From: Klebsormidium nitens | Taxonomy: Eukaryota; Plantae; Klebsormidiophyceae | Length of the DNA stretch: 57,782 nucleotides | NCBI GenBank assembly: GCA_000708835.1 | Contig: DF237524.1 | Location: forward strand, 1-57,782 | Reading direction: 5' to 3' | Shown: piece by piece, positions 50,562 to 57,782 of the stretch | Layout: each line of letters opens with the position of its first letter | Position numbering within the stretch: position 1 is the first letter of the stretch | Notes under the pieces: generated by a model | Database searches by the model: none | What the model saw: the letters and a program-made list of their open reading frames with translations, nothing else | What the model was told of the DNA's origin: nothing | Translations under genes and position numbers: made by a program

Positions 50562-53500
50562 ATGCAGTCTATCGGTTTTGAAGGTAGCACTTTGACGGTG
50601 CCGAAAAGTGATGCAGTGCACTTTGACTTCCGGAATGGGTCCCTGTTCCTCGTATGTAAGGCATTCACTGGGGAGGTGCAGCTTTCATCAAGGACTGGTG
50701 AGCGTCCAGCTGTGAACCATATTCAAGTGGAATCACGCAGGTTGCAACGTTTGCGTGATCGGAATGTTTTTATGCATCAATCGAACAGCAACATGAGGGG
50801 AGTCTGTTCAGACCACTTCCACAGTGGGTGGTAAGAACTCTTGCAAAAGCAGCTCAGAAGAATGAATCAATTGTGGAAAAAGCAGACGAAAAATGAATAT
50901 CCAGTCTCGCACCCGAGTACTTGACTCAGAATCATTTCTGCATGATTTGGGGCTTTGAATGTCTCTTTCCCGGAAAAGAACACCTGAACATAAATCTTTC
51001 TTCAGGCGGCGCTTCGCCTTTGGACGTGGTTGAGAAGCAGGCTACCTCTCCAGACTGCGTGCTGAACCTCCCGTCAACTGGCAAGAAAGCGCATCAGCCA
51101 GCTTTGAAAACCACCCCGGAAACGTCAACTGACGAGGCGGAGGCGTCTGAAGAAGCAGAGAGCTCAAGACCGGAGCTTCCTCCCAGACTAGAGGACAGCC
51201 CTTCTGACTCTCAGGGGGGCGAGTCTCCGGCACCAACAGAGAGTGATGCCCCCTTGAAGCGGAAACCTTCCCTGAGCATCGAGTCAGCTGACGCCATCGA
51301 AGGGGAGATCCAGAGGGGTAACCCAGCCAAAAGGACGAGTTCGGCGCTCTACCCCCTGTTTCATAACACCCAGCCACGGGCTCCGTCGCCAAAGAGAAAG
51401 CTGGTGGTAGGAAAGGGGTGTCCTACGACCAGGAGAAGCACCGGGAAAGAGAACGAAGGTAAGCAGGACGGTGTTCTGCTGAGCTCCATTGATCAATGCA
51501 AAGTTGGGTGAGGCATTCTTAAGAGGCGGAATTTTGATTATCTGAGCATTGATCTTACCATCAAATTTGAGGGTATTAGGCATAGATGCGCATGCCAGAG
51601 CACCACTGTGCGCATTGGCTATGAGCAGACTATTCCAACTTGTTCCTTCTTGTGACAGCCGTGTAGAACTTAATAGATTGGGCAACAAGGAGACAAGAAG
51701 CTTGACTGGGCAGCCATCTTATGAACCCAGCTCTAGGCGCATTTGGTGAAACATCAAAGAAAGAATCATGTCTGATCATCATATTGGTTTTCTTCCAGGA
51801 GCTCCGTGCTCCTCAGGGCAGGATGCCGGAGTGCGGGTCGAGTGGTCCCTCCTGCAGCCCACCGGCCCAGTACCTGAGGCCAGATGGGGCGCCAGTGCCA
51901 CTCTTATGAACGGCCAGCTGTACCTTTTCGGAGGCGCCAGCGACGAAGAGACTCTCTCTGACCTCTGGACGCTGCGCCTAGGTGAGTCAACGGTTCCACA
52001 GAGTTTGGAGAAAGTTGCCCTTGCCGAGGACTTATCCAGGTTGTAAACATGCGCACAATGTTCTGGTCCGCCATGTCACATGGCTTGCCCACAACCAATT
52101 TGACAGCTTTGAGTCAGTATGCGATTCGCTGTTGAACTTCATCGAAACCCATTCTGATTTATGCAATGAACTTAATCGATCTTCAACTTAGTGTTCACAA
52201 TATCATGGAACAATCTTTCTCTGATCGCTTTTCATTACTGCAACGCCACACAAAGTCTGCCTTCTGTCCTGCTGCTCAGTTTGACGCCTTTCTCTGCAGA
52301 TAATTGGACCTGGTCCCGTCCTTCAATTTCTCTGCCCACCACCCCCCGAGCATGGCACAGCGCCACGGCAGTGGGCCAGCGGCTGCTTGTGTTTGGGGGC
52401 GAGAGGACACACGCCCATGGTAACAGCATGAAGACGACATCATTCAATGATGTCAGCGTCTTTGACACAGGTACGGTGGTGTCTCTTGTTTTCCGAGGCA
52501 GAGATGTGGAAAATGCTGCCAACCCTTGACCAGAAACTCATGCAATTGAGATCTTGCTTTGCAAAGAACGAGCGAGTCTGCCGTCGTTGCCTCCGACTGT
52601 TCAACTGCAAGGATAGGAAGTGGTCATCTGGTCCTCCGAGTTACAAATTCATGACTGAGGGGATAACGAGCGTTTCGAATCTGCTCAAGAGGGATTCGGT
52701 CTCCCTAGCCAGAACAAAAGTATGTCACGAAGCACGGCCTTGCTGAATTTCGGGGCAAAACTGGACAATCCCTGTTTTCATCGACTCTCAGATGCTATGG
52801 TGTGGTTTGCTGCTCACACGACGGGTCAGCCACCAACCGCTCGTGCGGGGCACTCTGCCACAGCCCTGACGAACGGGCAGATCCTCATCTTCGGGGGCAT
52901 AAGTGGGTCGAAGTGGCTCAATGACGCCAGCGTCTTGAACACAGGTGAGCATCTCGAAACCCTCACGAAGTCGAACCAACCTGTCTTTCTTGCAGTGCAC
53001 TACTACTTCTAAAGAAACGCGCCGTCAGCTCTTATTTGTTGCATATGAAAAGGAGAGATGTTCTTTCGCTAGTGTGCGCCAAGGTTCACGAGCTTTGTGG
53101 GGCTGGTAGTGCCTGCTCTTCCCACGGTTTTTTGGAGAGACGCTCTCCTTGAAACCATCTACGATGCCGTCGGGCTACACTATGTGCGCACCTCATCCGG
53201 CCACCAGACTCCGGGGCTTCCTTTCTATATGATTCCTTTTTCTTGTACCATCATCAGTTGTCATTGGTATACCATTCGCTGTGATAAATTTTCAGATTAC
53301 TTGATTTTCGTCGACTCAAAAGGTTCCAGAAAAACTTCCTTCCATTTTTTCGACACCCAGGTTCTTGGAGCTGGTCCCGGCCCGTTATCAAGGGCACCCC
53401 GCCCAAGGCCCGATGCTACCAGACCGCCACCCAGATTGGGAGCCGTGTAGTCATCTTCGGGGGAAACGGCAGCAAGCAGTGCTTCCGGGAGGTGCACGTC

Positions 53501-55064
53501 TTGGACACTGGTGAGGGCTCTCGACCAATATCTAAGAATTCCCGTTCTGTCTGGTGTCAACTCGGAGCCGACAGGTCGCCTTCACCCGACACCCGACCAG
53601 GCTTTTCGAACGAGGTAGCGTGAGTGCGTTCTGAGCACACTTCGAAGTAGGCTGAAGAATACCAGAGCCATTGCAAGCCGCTGGCAGTTGTGTCTTTGCT
53701 GTGACGCTGGTACTTGAACGAAAGGTCGGATCCGCAATATGTCTCTCGTACTTCTCGTCTGCCGTCCATAGCCAGAACGAGTTTTGTCGAGGCTAGCATT
53801 TGATACTGATTCCAGCGAAGGATGGCCTCGATTGTCCTACTGCAAACCGCAGGTCCCGTTTGAGGAGACTTCACTTGATCAAATACAGTGTTAGCCGGTG
53901 TCACGTGTCTTTCTAAACAGAGCCGTCAAATCCTTTCCTTGGAATACCGAATGGAAAACCTTTTCTCTGAAATCTCAACGTACAAACCTCTTTCCCCTAG
54001 TTCATGGGGCAATCCATGTCGATCGCTTATTCATCGGTACTGCAACTTGTCGTCACTTTCCACATTCCAAAAGACGTCCCGCTGTCCCCACCTTTGCAGC
54101 GTCGTGGACATGGTCTCAGCCGGAGGTCTCCGGTGAAGCCCCGAAAGCGCGCACGGGTCAGAGCGCGGTTGCGCAAGGTTCCCGGGTCGTGATCTTCGGG
54201 GGGTGGGACTACAGCGACTCGTACAGCAGCAGCAAGGTGTACAACGACGTGTCCGTTCTGGACACCGGTGAGTGGGCCGTCCGAAAGTCGCGGTCTGTCG
54301 AAGATGATAGCCCTTCCCGATCTTGCAAGATTGGGAGAAAGCGACGGTGCCCACTTGATTTGGGCAGCGTTTCGTGCATCTGATTCACATGCCTACAAGT
54401 ATTTCCAACAAATTACACGAGTTGCAAGGAGACTGCGAATGTTTGCATTCACTGGAAGCTTCTGATTTGACGAGGAATCATAGTATCTCAACTCGTGAGA
54501 ATGGCCGACAGCGGCTGCGGTCATTCATGAGGCAGATCAGCGCTTCGATTTTGACGAGCACGGACGTAATCATCCGAAGGTGGTGACTTTTCTGTCCATT
54601 CGCTTTATCAGCGCAGTTTGCAACCTATTCGACGCTCGTACGAAAATTGCAAATTCGGACCGACAGGCCAGGTGGAAGACTTTTCGTTATCTGGTGGCCC
54701 AAGAAACGCTGTTGTTTCTGTGTGGATGAGTCTGTCGCTGCCCCCGCTAAGTCAGATGTCCCTTACTTTCGTCCTTGATGGCGGCATGATCAGCCAGTGC
54801 CTAAGATCATACTCATAATTACGTGAAAGGAGACCACGGGCGATGACTGTCCAATCAAGTGCTTCCCGCCTTTTCTCTGCAGAAACTTGGACATGGATGC
54901 CCGTCCAACTGATGTCCGGTGAACAGCCCACCCCACGGTGCGGCCACGGCAGCTCCCTGGTCGTCTCCTCCGACGGCAAAAATGCCGTCGTCTTCACCTT
55001 CGGCGGCCAGATAGAAAGGGAAGAGAAGGTCGACGAGATGTACTTGTTGAGATTGGACGCTTGA
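50562..55064 (+). CDS. Kelch-repeat (six-blade beta-propeller) protein with disordered N-terminal region
   Basis: Six exons each encode about one kelch blade: PEARWGASATLMNGQLYLFGG (~51800-51980), PRAWHSATAVGQRLLVFGG (~52300-52470), PTARAGHSATALTNGQILIFGG (~52793-52944), PKARCYQTATQIGSRVVIFGG (~53362-53508), PKARTGQSAVAQGSRVVIFGG (~54095-54267), PTPRCGHGSSLV..VFTFGG (~54883-55064). Upstream exons 50562-50698 and 51006-51458 splice in phase. The start codon is tentative. Confidence 0.9.
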
Positions 55065-56006
55065 TGGACTTTCGACTTTGTGAGCCAGCGGTGGAGCACA
55101 GCGTCCAGTACGCATATAAAACATTCTCAAGCTTTCTGATTGAAGCGAATCTTGCGAGAACAAATCGAGCCGCCTGGAGCTTGTTAAGGCATGTTCGGAT
55201 TTAAGCTCGATTAATATCTTGAACGTCACATGCATTAGAACATGCCACAAGCAAAGTTCAACGCTTGGCATTGCACTTGAGCTGAATGCGTGCCTTAGCG
55301 TAATTGCAAACGTCTCGCAAGTTGCAAACTTGCATGAGCATTTCATTCATGCTTTTAGTGAATTAAGTATCCTCTATCCAAGTTTAACCTCGTGGCCGGC
55401 TGTTTCTCATTTGCTGCCGCGCCAGAAGTGTAGTTAAGCGTACCGCACAGTCACGACACTTCCACAAGAATGTTCTCATGATTCCTCATGCATTCAGCTT
55501 CAATTACGGTAGTACCTATATCGTCATATGTGCATCTCGTCACTCGAGACATATGTCGTCTGAACCCCGTCTGAACATGTTGATTTCTGTCAATTGGCAA
55601 GAATATACATATGTATGTGATTTATCCATGATCGTGTATTTTTAAAAGCCGGGCTTCGCAAGCTCTCTTAACTTGAGGCCGCTTCTTCAACCTAATTGAC
55701 TGAGCCGGCCCACACTCATCATCATTTATTTGGGACGTGTATTTCAACATTGGAGTGGGAGAGTGGGTACAGTTTCGAATAGATGGTTGCGCCAGGGTGC
55801 TCGGAGCGAGAGCCGCCGCCGGTCTGCCTACTGGATCCCCTTGGTCCATTGACCACCATGAGTATTAAGTAAGAATGTCGGACCCTAGCTAGTTTCGTAG
55901 CGGCAACCAACTGCGTAATCACCGTACCGCGTAATGAGAAGAGCGGAGGAGGGAGCGGGGGGGTGCGGGGGGGCGGCAGCCCCCCCGTTTTCAAACTATT
56001 AAAGCA

Positions 56007-56977
56007 NNNNNNNNNNNNNNNNNNNNNNNNNNNNNNNNNNNNNNNNNNNNNNNNNNNNNNNNNNNNNNNNNNNNNNNNNNNNNNNNNNNNNNNNNNNNNN
56101 NNNNNNNNNNNNNNNNNNNNNNNNNNNNNNNNNNNNNNNNNNNNNNNNNNNNNNNNNNNNNNNNNNNNNNNNNNNNNNNNNNNNNNNNNNNNNNNNNNNN
56201 NNNNNNNNNNNNNNNNNNNNNNNNNNNNNNNNNNNNNNNNNNNNNNNNNNNNNNNNNNNNNNNNNNNNNNNNNNNNNNNNNNNNNNNNNNNNNNNNNNNN
56301 NNNNNNNNNNNNNNNNNNNNNNNNNNNNNNNNNNNNNNNNNNNNNNNNNNNNNNNNNNNNNNNNNNNNNNNNNNNNNNNNNNNNNNNNNNNNNNNNNNNN
56401 NNNNNNNNNNNNNNNNNNNNNNNNNNNNNNNNNNNNNNNNNNNNNNNNNNNNNNNNNNNNNNNNNNNNNNNNNNNNNNNNNNNNNNNNNNNNNNNNNNNN
56501 NNNNNNNNNNNNNNNNNNNNNNNNNNNNNNNNNNNNNNNNNNNNNNNNNNNNNNNNNNNNNNNNNNNNNNNNNNNNNNNNNNNNNNNNNNNNNNNNNNNN
56601 NNNNNNNNNNNNNNNNNNNNNNNNNNNNNNNNNNNNNNNNNNNNNNNNNNNNNNNNNNNNNNNNNNNNNNNNNNNNNNNNNNNNNNNNNNNNNNNNNNNN
56701 NNNNNNNNNNNNNNNNNNNNNNNNNNNNNNNNNNNNNNNNNNNNNNNNNNNNNNNNNNNNNNNNNNNNNNNNNNNNNNNNNNNNNNNNNNNNNNNNNNNN
56801 NNNNNNNNNNNNNNNNNNNNNNNNNNNNNNNNNNNNNNNNNNNNNNNNNNNNNNNNNNNNNNNNNNNNNNNNNNNNNNNNNNNNNNNNNNNNNNNNNNNN
56901 NNNNNNNNNNNNNNNNNNNNNNNNNNNNNNNNNNNNNNNNNNNNNNNNNNNNNNNNNNNNNNNNNNNNNNNNNNNNG
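56007..56977. other. Assembly gap (971 N)
   Basis: Run of N characters. Confidence 1.
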
Positions 56978-57000
56978 GGCTGCCGCCCCCCCGAACTTAC

Positions 57001-57172
57001 CTCGAATCAAGTCGTCAGTCGACGGGTGCCTGTAGAGGATTGTTTTCTCCTTCAACCAGCAAGCCAAATGAAGTTCGGTGTTAAACTTGAGCCACTCATA
57101 GGCCGCCACGTCATCCCCCTGGAAACCCAAATGTCTGATGCTGTGCGGGACGGTCGTACCAGGGGTCGAAAC
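57001..57172 (-). other. Possible isolated exon of an unidentified (possibly transposon) gene
   Basis: An open frame VSTPGTTVPHSIRHLGFQGDDVAAYEWLKFNTELHLACWLKEKTILYRHPSTDDLIR is bounded by cttcAG and G|GTAAGT. No domain recognised. Confidence 0.3.
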
Positions 57173-57280
57173 CTGAAGTCGGAGCCGACACGGACCCAAG
57201 TGGTACCAATCCAATCACCGGGCACTCGGAAGCAATCTACCCTAGGGCCTTAAAGTAGGTTACTTTAGGGAGAAAGTTTT

Positions 57281-57745
57281 CTTCTCCGAAAAGTCGATTA
57301 CAAAATTGCATCTTTTTCAGGTATGGCATTATATAATCTTAGGTACATACATATTGGAAATTGAATCCGAGAGGGAAAACTCTGTACTACTAATCTGTTA
57401 TATTCTCTTCTCCAAAAAGTCATTTACAATATTGCATCTTTTTCGGGTATGCTGTACAATATATACATATTACCAAATGGGAACGGAAGGGAAAACTTTG
57501 TACTACTTATCGTAATAATTCCTTCCCTGGAGAAGAAAGAAATTATAACAGATCGTACCGTACCGACGAACGCTTTCGGCAAAAAATATTTGATTATTTG
57601 CCTTGCCGAAAATCTCAGGATATTATTTTCGGCCGATAATGGTCAATTTTGGCCGGTAATGGTACTTTTTTGCAGGGGATACCAAATCTGCCGAAAAGTC
57701 AAAAGTTTTATAATTAATTATTCGGCATCGAATGTGCCGAAAGCA
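57281..57745. repeat. AT-rich repeat-structured region resembling a DNA-transposon subterminal region
   Basis: An imperfect direct repeat with 126-bp spacing (starts 57281 and 57407), several TGCCGAA/TTCGGC motifs in both orientations (57575-57741), and the hairpin TTCGGCA-TCGAATG-TGCCGAA (57721-57741). Confidence 0.55.
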
Positions 57746-57782
57746 AACGTCGGTTGTATTGAACTAGAAATGCCACCGGATC

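Noticed and set aside
55963-57214. 373-aa and 407-aa ORFs
   Set aside because: Artefacts of translating through the N gap.
57721-57768. Helitron 3' end (hairpin followed by CTAG)
   Set aside because: The hairpin is ~22 nt from CTAG and the next base is A rather than the T expected from A|T insertion; insufficient support.

Overview
This is intron-rich eukaryotic genomic DNA with canonical GT-AG introns and one ~971-nt assembly gap. The combination of an RLK/Pelle receptor kinase with centriole genes suggests a flagellate-capable streptophyte alga (Klebsormidium-like); this is an inference. By hand-splicing I can support six multi-exon genes. (1) A minus-strand receptor-like kinase with a Pmp-like GGA(I/L/V)/FxxN beta-helix plus EGF-like ectodomain (5106-17765). 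(2) Centriolar POC5 (18657-23364, +). (3) A long, low-complexity protein with four colinear STIL/SAS-5-like motifs (~25580-30137, +). (4) A type II membrane GT-A glycosyltransferase-like gene (32265-34823, -). (5) Cohesin subunit SCC3/STAG (36150-49486, -). (6) A six-blade kelch protein (50562-55064, +). Both window ends contain repeat or transposon-like DNA. The most unusual structure is in the kinase gene: several of its introns hold degenerate 'echo' copies of the neighbouring exon end, including its splice site. I saw no such copies in the other genes. The second notable item is a candidate STIL/SAS-5 orthologue directly downstream of POC5. There is no evidence for rRNA, tRNA or CRISPR. 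All family assignments are by eye and from remembered motifs; no database searches were run. Exon coordinates marked ~ are approximate.
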